A DNA stretch of 64,000 bases from the human T2T-CHM13v2.0 reference genome, Homo sapiens: assembly GCF_009914755.1 (NCBI RefSeq), contig NC_060947.1; one strand, 5' to 3'. Position numbers and translations under genes: made by a program. The notes under the pieces were generated by a model. It did no database searches and was not told the DNA's origin. It saw only the letters and a program-made list of their open reading frames with translations. Shown here one piece after another: positions 13,470-25,456 of this stretch; the first letter of the stretch is position 1, and the number at the start of each line of letters is the position of its first letter.

Positions 13470-14130
13470 TTCAGCCGCCCGGGCCCCAGCCCTGGCCCAG
13501 GCCCCCTTCGGGTGAGAGCAGAGGCGCTGCGGGGCCTCTGCAGCCCGGCCCCATCTCCCGCAGCTCGGAACAAGAATCTCATTAAGTGCAGGGGGCGGCT
13601 GCCGCCGGGCCTGGGGCGCCCTGACCACAGAGCTGGCTTCCTTCTGCAAACAGCCCAGGCCAGGCCGGGCTAGACCGGGCTCGGGCTGGGCGGGCCTTGT
13701 GTGTGCGCACGGAGCGGGCACCGCAGCCGCCCCTCGGCTCCTCCTGCTGCCTCGGGCCTCCTCCCCAGCCCGGCCCTCTGCCGGCCCCATCCCTGCTTGG
13801 GTCTCCCTACCGCTCCTCCTGCCCCCCCACCCCTTTATTTCTCTCTCCCTTCCACTCCTTTCCTCTCTCGGCCCGGCTCTGTTTCTGCGGCATTCTGTCT
13901 TGGTTTTGTCATCATCTCAAGTGCAGCCCCGTTCTTCTCCGTGGTCTAGTTTCCCATCTCAGCCTCCCAGGCCGGCCTCCTCCCCTCTGTCTCCGTCTTG
14001 CTGTCTTGCTGCTCCAGAGGGGTGCCCTCGTAGGCTCTGTCACTCTCCATCTCCGAGCTCCACTCTCTGTGTCTCCTCGCCAGTCTCTCGGCTTTCTGTG
14101 TCCCTTGGGTCTCCCTCACTCGGGCTCTCT
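13470..14130. promoter_or_regulatory. CpG-rich island-like segment, candidate promoter/enhancer
   Basis: Highest CpG density in non-repeat DNA of the window, strongest at 13470-13830; GC boxes (GGGCGG), TGCGCA. Confidence 0.65.
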
Positions 14131-14440
14131 GGCCTGCTCTGAGTCTGGGTTTCTGAGGCTGCCCCAAGGCACTTCTGCGGAGGTTTGCTGTGCTGGATAA
14201 ACATGGCCCCAGCAGCAGGACGTGAGGAATTCTGCTGACGGCGCTTTCCTCAGGGGCTGAGGAGGGGCAGTGTGAGCCTGCGGGCAGGGGCCTCAGGGAG
14301 AGGGCAGTGTCTTCTCCATGCCTGTGTCCCTGCCTTCTGACCCTCTCAGTCAGCTCAGGGGTGTCTCCCCAGCTGGAAAAAAAGAACAGGCCCCAAGGGG
14401 CTGCTCACCTGGCCTCGCCCGCTCCCCAACAATCTCCCCT

Positions 14441-14441
<1 letters not shown>

Positions 14442-14492
<51 letters not shown>

Positions 14493-14546
14493 GCCGCAGC
14501 CGCCGCAGCCGCAGCCGCAGCCGCAGCAGCAGCAGCAGCAGCAGCA
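14442..14546. repeat. Compound STR (AC)24-(GCAGCC)2GCC(GCAGCC)3-(GCA)8
   Basis: Read directly. Confidence 0.97.
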
Positions 14547-15324
14547 CACACTTCCCTCTGGTATCTGCAGCCCAGAACCAACTAAATGGAATTCAGTCCT
14601 GTGTTTCTCCTGGCCTGGCCTGCCTAGACCTCAAGGGCAGGGTCTCTGGGAAGGGAAACAACCCAGAAGACCTTGAAGCAAAGCATTGGAGGCAAGGACC
14701 CGTTAGAGATCATTGCAGCCGTCTCTCTGCTCTCAGATAGCTCCCTGCCCTTTGCCATCATTCCATACTTACAAGCCTTACCCCCTGAGGAAAAGCTTAT
14801 CCCCTACCCCCTATTTGGAGGCTTTATCCCACTGTCGGTTGGAAGGTTCTTTATTTAAACCGAAATCCTTGTCCTGAGGTTCAGATACACAGAACTTGGG
14901 CGTGCCTGGGATGCGCACGGTGTGCGGCACATGTGCGGTGGTGTGAGTGAGGCCGTGTGCCTACACAGAGTGGAGAAGGGGTGGTTTATGTGTGGGTGTG
15001 TGATGGGGGCATCAGGTGAGACGAAGGTACAGGGAGCTTAGAGGACAGATGATGGCTCCAGTGGCAGAGAGGCCGAGGGGCAGAAGGCCTGGTATAGTGG
15101 GGGAAACTGTGGATGTAAGTGTGAGGAAGGGGACGAAGAAGGAGGAGCCAAATGATGCAAGTCCGGGAGGCTTCCTGAAGAAGAGTCTGGGCCAGATTTG
15201 TGGGAAGAGCCTTTCAGACTGAGGAACATCAGGGGCTATGGAGGTGTGTGGAGATGTGAGAGGGTCGCCAATGGTAGGTAGTGGAAACTGCTTCCAGGAC
15301 AAACATTCCTCTGACACCTACTCC

Positions 15325-15438
15325 TAGTGTGAACAACTCATCCCAGTTTGCTCAGGACTGTCCCAGTTGTAGCACCGAAAGTCCTGCATCCTGAGAAAAG
15401 CCTCAGTCCCAGATAAACCCGGACAGTTGGTTACCCTA
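15325..15438. mobile_element. MER81 (hAT-Blackjack MITE)
   Basis: Terminal inverted repeats TAGTGTGAACAACT / AGTTGGTTACCCTA; ~114 bp; internal GGACTGTCCC motifs. Confidence 0.8.
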
Positions 15439-16614
15439 CCTACCTACTGACCTCCCTACCCACCCTACCTACCAGGCAGTGTGCACCAGATGGTTTCAAC
15501 CTCACAATAACCCATAGTGGGGCGGGGAGGGGGGGCAGCTATGGTGTATTAGCCCTATTTTACAGATGAGAAAAGGGAAGCCAAGAAAATGTAAATAACT
15601 TGTTTTAATGTCACACAGTGAGTTTGAACCCAAGGTCTGTTGTTTCACTGCACTGCATTGGTTTTGTTGTTGTTTTTTGTTATACTAGTCCCTGAAACCT
15701 TCAGGGACAAACTTAGTAACCATCCCCCCTCCCGCTCCCCTCCCCCACACACATTCCAACCCCAACCGTTTCAAAGTCCTGACATGAGGCAGTGTCATTT
15801 GGACCTACTGCCCAAGTTCCACTGGGCTGCGAATGGGAGTGAGGGTGGGCTAGGGGAAGGGGGGCTTCATCTCTTTTAGCCCAAGGCCTACCAGGGCTTC
15901 ACTATGGACTGCCACCTGTTGATCTTTTGGCTTCTCCCTCAGCTGGGGGCAGGACCAGCTGCTGGGGGGTGAGGGTGGGAGGCGGAAGCTGGGGGAAGTG
16001 CTGACTTGGGGGGTGTCTCTAGGGCCTTGCTGGGTTCCTGGGCTCCAGGTGGTGGGTCTGGGGAGGGCTGGCTCAACATCTGAGAGCAGGCTGGGGGTTG
16101 GGCCCCAGGAGTCCCACACTGCTGGTCAGCGCCTCCGGTGTGCTGGGGTGTGAGGAAGCGGCCACAGAGCAAACAAACAGAGCCTGTGAGGATAGGAAGC
16201 AATTACGGACCACCCGGCCTAGGCTGCTGAGGAGCTGCGAGTGGGGGGGTAGGCTGAGTCAAGAATAGGCCGCCATCTAGGTGTGGCCTGGGGCAAGGCC
16301 AGGAAGTAGAATGAGTAGGCTCTGGGCTGGTGGTGGAGTTCTGGGGAGGTGATAACCAAGTGACCCCCTACCTTGGAGAAAATCTCTCCCATTCAGAAAT
16401 TACCTTGGTGGGCAGAGGATCCAGAGGCCTAGTCCAGAGGCCTTGGTCTTAGGTCTAGCTGCAGAACTTCTGAGTCTCATCTGGAGCCTGTCCCTTCTGC
16501 TCTCTCAGCCTCAGTTTTTCCATCTGTATAATGAAGTGCTTGGAATGAATGATCTCCAACAGTCCCTCCAGGTTTAATAGTCCATAATGCCATAAAGCTG
16601 CTGAGACATAAGGA

Positions 16615-16784
16615 TTTATTTTTATTTATTTATTTGTCTTGCTCTGTTGCCCAGGCTGGTGTGTCGTGGCATATCATAGCTTGGCGTGATCATAACTCAC
16701 CGTGGTCTCAAACTTGCTCAAGCGATCCTACTGCTTCAGCCTTCAGAGTAGCTGGGACTACAGGTGGTCGCCACCATGCCCAGA
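16615..16784 (-). mobile_element. Alu right-arm monomer (FRAM/AluJ-like)
   Basis: GTCTTGCTCTGTTGCCCAGGCTGG...GTAGCTGGGACTACAGG...CCACCATGCCCAG; flanking AGGATTT repeat. Confidence 0.85.
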
Positions 16785-17108
16785 TAGGATTTCTTAGCTT
16801 ACAAGGATTTATTGAGTATCAGTTGTATGCAGACCCTGGGCTAAATGGTGGGGTTGAGGGAAGGAGTTCAGAAGTTTAAGACTGGTGCTTTTTCCTTGAG
16901 GAATAGTACTATCTTTAAAAATGCTACGTATTAAATGTTTACATGGACTGGGAAGTTTATTGAAATGCTTTCATTGAATTTCTTCCTAAATCTGCGAAGT
17001 AGGTAGGGAAATTATAATCCCCATTTCACAGATGTAGAAACTAAAACTAAGGGACATTAAGTGACTTGCCTAAGTCTACCTGTTTAGGAAAGAGAGACTC
17101 AGGAGTGA

Positions 17109-17243
17109 TTTTTTTTTTGGTCTTTTTTCCCCCTTTTTGTGGAGAACAGGGTCTTACTATATTGCCCAGGAAGGTCTTGAGCTATCCTCCTGCCTCTGCC
17201 TCCCTAAGTGCTGGGATTACAGGCTGAAGCCACCGCACCCAGC
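17109..17243 (-). mobile_element. Alu left-arm monomer (FLAM-like) inserted in a MIR (~16925-17300)
   Basis: CAGGGTCTTACTATATTGCCCAGG...AAGTGCTGGGATTACAGG; MIR core on both sides. Confidence 0.85.
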
Positions 17244-18114
17244 AGAAGTTTACCTAGATCAGTTTTCCTCCAAAGTCAGTGCTCTGAACCACAGCTCTAA
17301 TACTGTAGATGATAAACCAGTAACTGCCCACAATATGTATGATGTGTTTTTCTGTTCATTATCCTGTTTCAGTTTCACAATAGACCTGTGGGCCTGGTGG
17401 TTCTGTTGCCACTTGACAGATAAGGAGATTGAGGATCAGAGAGTGAAGAGCATGGCTGCCCTCTTTCCAATGCCTGGGGGGCAGCCAAACTCCCCTTTTC
17501 CCCGACCCAGTCCTGCCCTGGCTCAGCAGAAAGCCAGTAGAACTCCTGTAGTGCCTGGAAAGTGTCCCACTTTGTCAACCCCCCAGCATGGGGTAAACAG
17601 GCAGGCTGGCAGCATTTGGCCCTTTGCTCTGGCCTGGATGTCTGCAGCCTCCCTTTTTCTCCCTTCTCCAAGGGTTTATTGAGCACCTATGATGTTCCAG
17701 GCATTGAACTGGGGGGTCTCTGTGCATCATTCCCTTCATCGTCACAGCCACTCTGTGAAATAATTTAAACCCTCTTTTTGCAGACGAGAGAACTGAGGCT
17801 CAGGAGCCCCCATGGAGCCCTGGAGCATTCCGGCTTCCTTCCCTCCCCAGGACCCAGTGCAGGGGCTGCAGGGGCCTCGGGAGCCTTTTCCCTTCCAGGA
17901 CTCCCTTCATGAGCTGCCTGGTGAAGGCTAGATCTTCCTCTCAGCTCCCGGAAGCAAGGGCCAGGTTCAGCCTCTCTCACAGTGCCCTCCTTCCCTCCCC
18001 CTCTCCCTCCCAACTCCAGCTCCAGTTTCTGACTTGCGTGGAGCTGGGGCTCTGGCCTGCTCAGGATGAGGCTCCTTTGGGGCCCTAGACTCAACTGCTC
18101 TTGTGTCACTGGGG

Positions 18115-18355
18115 CCTTAGTGTGTAGGTACTGTCATAAGCTTTTTGACCAGAATTACCTCATTTACTCCTCACTACAACATAATGAGGTAGATAGTGTT
18201 ATTACCACAAGCGTTCCCATTTTCCAGATAAGGAAATTGAGACATGGGGAGGTAAACGGATTGCCCAAGGTCATGCAGCTGGTAAGTGGCAGAGCCTCAA
18301 TTCACACCCAAGCCTGTGATGCAGAGCTACATGTGAAGGTCCTTAAGTGCCATCC
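18115..18355 (-). mobile_element. MIR SINE
   Basis: CCCATTTTCCAGATAAGGAAATTGAGACATGGGGAGGTAAACGGATTGCCCAAGGTCATGCAGCTGGTAAGTGGCAGAGC. Confidence 0.88.
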
Positions 18356-18619
18356 TTAAGAAGCATGGCCTTAACCCGTAGGCAAGAGGAAGTAATTGAG
18401 GGGTTTAGCTTAGGAGGGACATAATCTGCTTTGCCTGTGACAGCAATCCTCTGGCAGCGGGGCGAGGAGGGATGCTTAGAGGGGCAGACGAGAGGCAGGG
18501 ACACTGGTGGGAAGGCTGGGGCAGCGGGAATCCCAGGAGGGATGGTGGTATCCTGGTTGAAGGCAGTGACAGTGGCGGTCAACAGAGGAGGGCAGAGATG
18601 GGGAACGTTTTGGATGTGA

Positions 18620-18745
18620 AGGCTGCTCCTGCTCCTCAGGCTGAGATGTGTGCCCTGGACGTGAGCAGCATTTGTGCTCTATAAAGGATACCCTTTTCTA
18701 AATGTTTTGCCTAGAGGGGCACCATATGGACTAGCTGGGCCCCTG
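18620..18745. mobile_element. MER91-like hAT relic
   Basis: CCTTTTCTAAAT...GGGGCACCATATGGACTAGCTGGGCCCCTG resembles the MER91 end. Confidence 0.5.
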
Positions 18746-19458
18746 ACTTTATGGATGACTGCCTGAGACCAAGGTCAGTCTCCAGGAGGTTTGGGCAGAC
18801 GGAGGGTCCCACACTGACCTCTCCTCTCCTGCTCCCCGCTGTGCCCTGAAGCTCCCTCTGAGGTGGGGCAGATCATGACAATAGGGGAAAATGCAACAGA
18901 CCTAAGTATGCGTGTGTGTTGGGGGGCATCTAGAAGGCTAGAAATCAAACTGTTACTAATGGCTTCTGCTGGGGAGTGGTATAGGGGATGAAGAGAACTT
19001 CACTTTCAGCCACATACACTTAGGCTTTATGGGACTTTTCTTACACAAAACATGTTTAGTTTAAAGAATAATGATAGAAGTATTTTTAAGAGAAGTAAAA
19101 CCCTAATGCCCAGGGTTGATGTGAATATCAACCTGTCCAGTTGAGATAATGGACAGCTCTTTGTAAACTGAGGGCTTGGAATAACTGATTAGTGATAGTC
19201 CCACCCCCTCTAGTGAAAAAGGGAAAGGCAGAATGTCTCTGGGCTGATTGTTACCAGGCTCAGAGCTCCCTGCCTGGGCTGAGCCCTGGGAAGTAGGTGG
19301 TCAAACTCAGCTGCCCTGGGCTCCTCAATGGTTGCCCTTATCTCATCAGCCCCCTGGGGCCAGGCAGAGTTTGCACAAAAGGGAGCTTTAGGCCTTTGCT
19401 GGGGCCCTGGGAATCAGTGACAAATTGAATGGGATAATAAGTTAATTAAAGCTGTCCC

Positions 19459-19662
19459 ATCTGTGAGGCATCCCAGGGCAGAGGAAAGAGGCTTGGCTAG
19501 GGAGCCACACAGGGCACCTAGACTCCTGAGCCACAGACTCTCTGAGGAAACTTAGACCAGTCCCTTCCCCTCTCTGGACCTCGGTTTCCCCATCTATACA
19601 ATAAGGAGGCTGGCAGACATTGTCTCTTAGGGCCTTGCCAGCACTAATGTTCCAGGGGTCTC
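19459..19662 (+). mobile_element. Near full-length, highly diverged MIR3-type SINE between 16-bp direct repeats
   Basis: GAGGCA...GGAAAGAG head, AGTCCCTTCCCCTCTCTGGACCTCGGTTTCCCCATCT core, TCTCTTAGGGCCTTGCCAGCACTAATGTTC tail. Confidence 0.8.
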
Positions 19663-20039
19663 TAATTAAAACTGTCCCCTGTGTATTAATCTTCTTGTCA
19701 AGTTTTAATTAATGGCTGATGGAGCCAGAGCAGGCACCAGCTGCCACCCCCTGCTGGCAGGCAGGGGGCACCCATAGGACGCTTGACCTGATAATCACTG
19801 CTAAGTGGCCTCTATCCTCATATCCCCATACCTCCACTCCAGGCTTCCTCTCATAGGTCAATGCTTTTTTCACTACACTATACCACCTAGGGTTTTATGC
19901 TGGTGTGTATGCATGTATGTTTGTGTCTGGTGGTGGTAAAGGGTGTATCCATCATCTCAGCTCTGTGACTAACTAGCTCTGTGATCTTGGTTTATAACTT
20001 AACCTCTCTGATCTTCAGTTTCCTCTTCCATCTAATGGG

Positions 20040-20780
20040 AATAGCATTCGGCTGCAAGTAACAAGAAAAATCAACTCAAAATGGCTTAAACCATAAGCAC
20101 ATTTATTATCCCACAGAATAAGGCCTAAAGAAGGGTTCTTCAATGTTAGTTTATTCAGCATCAAGGACTCCAATTCTTTCATCTTTCTGTTCCACTAGTC
20201 TCAACTCTTGGCTTTTGTCCTCAGGTCTGTTCCTTCATGGTCATAAGGTGGCTGCAGCAGCTCCAAGTATCACACTGTAATTCAACAAAATCCAAAGACT
20301 GGAAGAAGTATCAACTTTGCCTTGTGTCATGTTTTAAGAAGAAGGCAGCCTTCCCCCAAACATCCCAGCAGCTTCCTGTCCATGCCTCTCATTGGCCAGA
20401 ATGGTGTTGCATGCCAAGTTGAATCAAACCACATGGCAAGGAGGTTGGAGTTATCATGACTGACTTAGACCAGTATTCTCCACCCTGGCTACAGGGTGGT
20501 GGGGGGAGGGGGTTAAAAATACCCATGCCCAGAATGCACTCCCAGACCAATTTAATCTCTAGAGATGTGTCCCGATTACCAGTATTTTTACAAAGCTCTC
20601 CAAGTGAGTTCAATATGCAGTCAGAGGTATGAACCACTGACTTAGACTAACCAAGATTCAGCCCCTATAGTCCAGCCTCGCATGTGCTGGCTGTTCAGAG
20701 GCAGGTGAACAAAATTGGGGTTCTGATACAAAAGAGGCAGTGGTGATGAATGGTTGTTAGTGACCCAATATCCATACACA
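20040..20780 (-). mobile_element. MLT1J/K-type MaLR LTR, interrupted by MER5A
   Basis: GGCTGCAAGTAACAAGAAAA...TGGCTTAAAC, ATAAGGTGGCTGCAGCAGCTCCA, TCTCATTGGCCAGAA, AACAAAATTGGGGTTCTG. Confidence 0.75.
20471..20639. mobile_element. MER5A (hAT-Charlie) with perfect 8-bp TSD
   Basis: CAGTATTCTC...GAACCACTG; ACTTAGAC at 20463-20470 and 20640-20647. Confidence 0.85.
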
Positions 20781-20899
20781 CCCTTTGTCTGTTATTATCA
20801 CCAGGAGTGGTGTTTAAATCCATGCAAACGTGTGTCCTCCAGAGAGCTTTCCTATCGGGACTGGCCCTGCCTTTAGACTGTAAGGCTCTGGCTACCCTA

Positions 20900-21123
20900 A
20901 ACCGGTTGCTTCCACACCTAGCTACACAGCAGGTTCTCTGGAGATGCTTGTCAAAAAGGATGACTCCTGGGCCCACTTAATGGCTATACAATCAGAATCT
21001 TTTAGAATAGAGCTCAAGAACACACAAATGTGCATGTGTGCACATGTACACACACACACACTTGTTAATTCCTCAGAAGATTCTTAAACAGCATATCCAT
21101 AGAGTGGTGTTTTGGAATGACTG
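20900..21123. mobile_element. MER5B-like relic
   Basis: TGACTCCTGGGCCCAC...AATCAGAATCT...CCTCAGAAGATTCTTA...TTTGGAATGACTG. Confidence 0.55.
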
Positions 21124-22409
21124 TTCCACATATCTCCCTCATGGGCCTGAAATGGTGCCTGGAAGTTTAGCATTAGGTTCACTTTTCTGAGTTAAGTCAT
21201 CATCTCTAGTACCACCTCTCCCCCAGCTAACACATGTGGTATTGTTGGTTGTGAAGGACAGATAGCTAGAGACTCACTGAGAGTTGCTTGGCTTTGGTTT
21301 CTTTTTTCTTAAAATGAAAGTAATAATGCTCACTTCATCTGTAACTGCAAAGGGCCCAGGAGACAGCTCAAGTGGTTTGTTACCAGAACATGTAGAGGAG
21401 ATGGTGTGGAAATATCTGTACACTGGAGGTCAGTGTTCTAGTCCTGTCACTGGGTCACCTTGGGCCAACCTTTTCCACTCTCTAAACCCCCAAACCTCCA
21501 TTTTATAATTTGTGAAATGTGAAGGGTTACATACGTGGGTAGATTTTTTCTGCAGCATTCTTCAGGACAACGAGAATAACCTCTTCCACAGAAGTCATTT
21601 ATCACTTTAACCCTGCCATTTCTGATGAGTAGGGCAGAAGTCTTCTAAGTTTGGCAGAACGAGAGTAGAGGGAAAAGGCTGCATTGTGGTATTCTTCTCA
21701 GGGAAGCAAGGCTAGGGTGGTGGTAGGTGTGCGGGATGAGGTTTAGGGAAGCCTCAGATGAATGGGAGAGATTCCCAAAGACGCATGTCCAGGGTCTCTG
21801 AATTTCTACTGGGGTCTTTGGGGCCATTAGCTTCACTCACTGGAGCTTCCAATGTCCCCGCTGCAAAGAAGGCTCCCTCCCTTCCTCCCTCTCTCCTTCA
21901 ACGACAATCTATTGAACACCTACTACGGGCCAGGCATTGAGGGGTTTGTGAGGCCTGCGGGTCACAGCTCTGGCCCCCGGGCTCTGTATCCCACTCCAGG
22001 CCCTGGATCTCCTGTTTCTCCACTTCCCTTAGCTCCACATCTGGCTCCAGGTCAAATGTGGATTTCCTTTCAGCCAGCAGTCCTGAGAGCATCCATCTGT
22101 GGAGCCAGAGACAGAGCCAGAGGCAGTCCAACAAGGAGCTCATCCATCAGCTGAGCCCAGGCCGGGGCTGGGAAAGAAGACCGCGGGTGTCAGGCCACCC
22201 AGGATGTGGGATGGGGAGGCGAGCTTCTGGATATGCCAAGGAGGTTTGTTCTGGCTGAGACAGTCTGAGGAGTGGCAGGATCCAAGATGGGGAGTGAGGA
22301 ATCCTGGGTCTAGTCCTCTGAGTACTACTAACGCTTTGTGTGACCTTTAGCCTGTTCCTGCCCCTCTCTGGGCCTCATCTGTAGCATGAAGAGGCTGGAT
22401 TTGAATCCC

Positions 22410-22950
22410 AGAGTCATGGAATCTCAGAGTTGGAAGTACCCTTAAAGGCCATCGAGTCCTGGCCCCCAACTGGTGCTTGAATCCCCTGTACAGCTCCCTG
22501 CACACATGCACTCTGCTTGCATACCTCCAGTGATGGGAAGCTCCCTTCCTCCAATAACATCCTGTTTTATCTCAGGATAGCTGTCTGTTAGAAATTTCAT
22601 CTGAAATTGGTCTTCCTGTGGCTTTCTTCAAGGCTGCTACCTAACTCTTCTCCTCTGTTCTGTGCCACACATCTCCCCTGCTCTGTGACAGCCCTTCAGA
22701 GGTCTGAATTCAGAGTTCAGCCTTCTCCAGGCCAAAGAGCCCTTTTAGCTCCAACTGTCCTCACAGAGACTGGTCTGTGATCCTTTCGTGTGTGGGGCCC
22801 ATAATTGGACAAATTCCACCAGGTGGGGTCTTGGAAAGGCTGCAGAGGGCCAGAACATCACCTTGCTCCTTCCAGACACAATAGTTCTTGCAGTTGGACC
22901 TAGGGTCCCATTTGGCTTATTACCTATATACAGGATTTCCACTAGCCTGT
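22410..22950 (-). mobile_element. L3/CR1 LINE 3' fragment
   Basis: AGAGTCATGGAATCTCAGAGTTGGAAG...CTCTGCTTGCATACCTCCAGTGATGGGAAGCTC...CTGTTAGAAA: antisense CR1 3' region. Confidence 0.7.
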
Positions 22951-25149
22951 GAGCTCAGTGAAGGCGAGGCTTTTCTGATTCCTTTCTGTTACCCCAGTGC
23001 CTATTCCAGGGCCTTGCTAAGGGTTGGCATCACAACTTGTGTGTTGAGGTAGCTGAGGGCCAAAGGCCTGTGGGTGTGCATGTGCATATGTGCACGTGTG
23101 AATGCACCCTGAATGCAGTCTGAATTGGAAGAGTCTGCTGGGCCATGGAGGGATCCAGATTCTCCATAGACATCAGGTAGCTTCCCCCATTCCCCCTTGC
23201 CTGCTACATTTGGCACAGTGTGGGGCCTGGTGGCACTGGCGTTCATCAGGGCCCAAGACCCGGAGAGGCTGGTATCTTTGTATATGCAAACTCCCATGAC
23301 TCCTGGGAGCCCTGTGTGTCCCTCACAGCTCTGTGTGCAAGTCACCAATGTTGTTTATGGCCCTTCGTGTCTGACAGAGGCTGGAGGAGGTGGCTGTGTC
23401 CCACCCGTTGGCAAGAATGACCTGGGGATCTGTCAGAGGCATTAGGAAATGACTGTGCCCCGTCAGTTGGCAGGGGTGTTCCTGGCTGGCTGAGGAGGGG
23501 GTAGGGTGGTGGCTGAGCTCTGTCACTTGACAGGGGGATTCCCAGCTGTCTGCATGAGGAGGGGGAGTCAGCTGCCCTGGCAGGCAGCTGGGGTATCCTG
23601 GCCATGCCTACTCTGACGTGGCTCGTGTGTGTGTATGTGTGTGTGTCCTTTTACCACTCAGCTGTCATTAGCCCCAGTCACCACAAGGGAAGTCAGCCTT
23701 ACCAGAGCTCAAGGTTATGGGAAGGACACTCCAATTATTCCAAAGTCGTCTGTCTCAGTCCCAGCGGAGTGGATAGCCACTGTCTTCAGGGCTGGCTGGA
23801 AGGAGCACATGCCAGGGATGGACAGGACAGATGAAGGGAAGGAGGAGAAGGATCATAAAGGGAACCCAAAAGCCATCTTGAGCAAAGGAGCCAGCAGAGG
23901 CCTCTCTAGACCCACAGCCACAGATGGGGTATTTTTGGAGGCAATGCAGTTGCTGGAGTGACAAGGGCAAGGATAAGCTTGGGAGTTGGAGGGCCCTGGA
24001 TTCTAGTCCCGGTTCTGCTGCTTTCTGGCTGCCTGGCCATTTTCTAATCTGTAAAATGGGGATGTTATGAAAAGCACCAGGTCAGGCCCATGGCACTCAC
24101 CCAGGAAATGAATGGCTCCTTTATACCTTCCCTTCTTTCTGAGGCTACCCAAGTGAGGCAGGAGGTGGCTGGCAAGGGTAAGAATGGGAATTGCCTTGGG
24201 GGAGTCTCTACCAGACTCATCTGGAGCCTGGTCCAGAGTACCTTTTCTCTTGGCTCCTTCCGCTTGACTGGGAAGCAGAGTTGGCATAGAAAAAAGGAAG
24301 GGGGCAGAGTCCCTGTGAGTGACTCCTTGGCCAGCTCCAGCTGCCACCTGGAAGTTCCTGGTATTTCCCATCTATGGGATCTTTCTAGAAGACAGGGATT
24401 GAAGACACGCCAACTTCACATCCTGAAAGGCTCTTCTTTGCTCCCCTCCCTAGAGGGGAGAATGAGTGTTGGTGCAAATGAGGAAACTGAGGCTCTATCC
24501 AGCCATGACTTCTAGGTCATGCAGCTGTGGTACTGACACAGGTTTCAAATCCATCAGACCATACCTACTGTCCCTTTAATCTTCTATATAATCACCCCAC
24601 CTCCCCCATCCCACCCCCAGCATCTTAAGCCCCAGTGCAATAGACAGACTACTCATGGTTTCCAAAGCACTCTGCATTTTCCTGCCTCCGTGTTTTTACC
24701 TCACCCAGCTCCTGGAATGTCCACTCCACCCAGTCCCGCCCCTCCAACTTCCACCCCTTCTCATCTCCTGGGCTTGTGGAAGTCCTTATTCTTCAGAGCT
24801 GTGACACCTCTTCTGATTCCTGAAAGCTGAAGGACTTCCTGTGCTCCTAGAGAGTTTTGGTGCTCTCTTGTCTTGTGTCACTAGATGCTGTGTCCACAGA
24901 ACAAGATGAATCTTGGAGGTGGTTGAGCCAGACCTTCTCAGTGCTCTGAGAAGAAACCTGAGAGAGCCAGAGAGAGGAAAGAGCTTGAATATTCTTCTGT
25001 GTTTCTCCCTATCCTTCTGGCCACTGTTTCACAATCTCTTTGCTTGGAGGTCCTCGGAGCTCTAGACCCTCTCCCCTCTTCCCCCCTCCCTTTCTCCTTT
25101 CTTTCCTGAGGGAAGTTCATCTCTCTGATCTTGGCCTTAAAATATAGTA

Positions 25150-25456
25150 TTTATTTCCTTTCTTTCTTTCCTTTTTTGGAAACTGTGTCTCACTCTGTCA
25201 CCCAGGCTGGAGTGAAATGGCAAGATCATAGCTCATTGTAGCTTGGAACTCCCGGCTCAAGTGATCTTCCCACGGCAGTCTCCTGAGTAGCTGGGAGGTA
25301 TGTACCAACACACCCAGCTAATTTTTGTGTTTTTTTTATAGAGATGGGGTTTTGCCATGTTGCCTAGGATGCTCTTGAACTCCTGAGCTGAAGCAGTCAT
25401 CCCAACTCAGCCTCCCAAAGTGCTGGGATTACAGGTGTGATCCCCTGTGCCTGGCC
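25150..25456 (-). mobile_element. AluJ
   Basis: Antisense dimeric Alu ending CTGGCC. Confidence 0.92.

Noticed and set aside
13262-14200. Multiple overlapping 100-170 aa ORFs
   Set aside because: Expected from stop-poor GC-rich DNA; no recognisable protein family
14307-14585. ORF with (HT)n and 19 alanines
   Set aside because: Non-ATG start, repeat-derived, no domain or supporting exon structure
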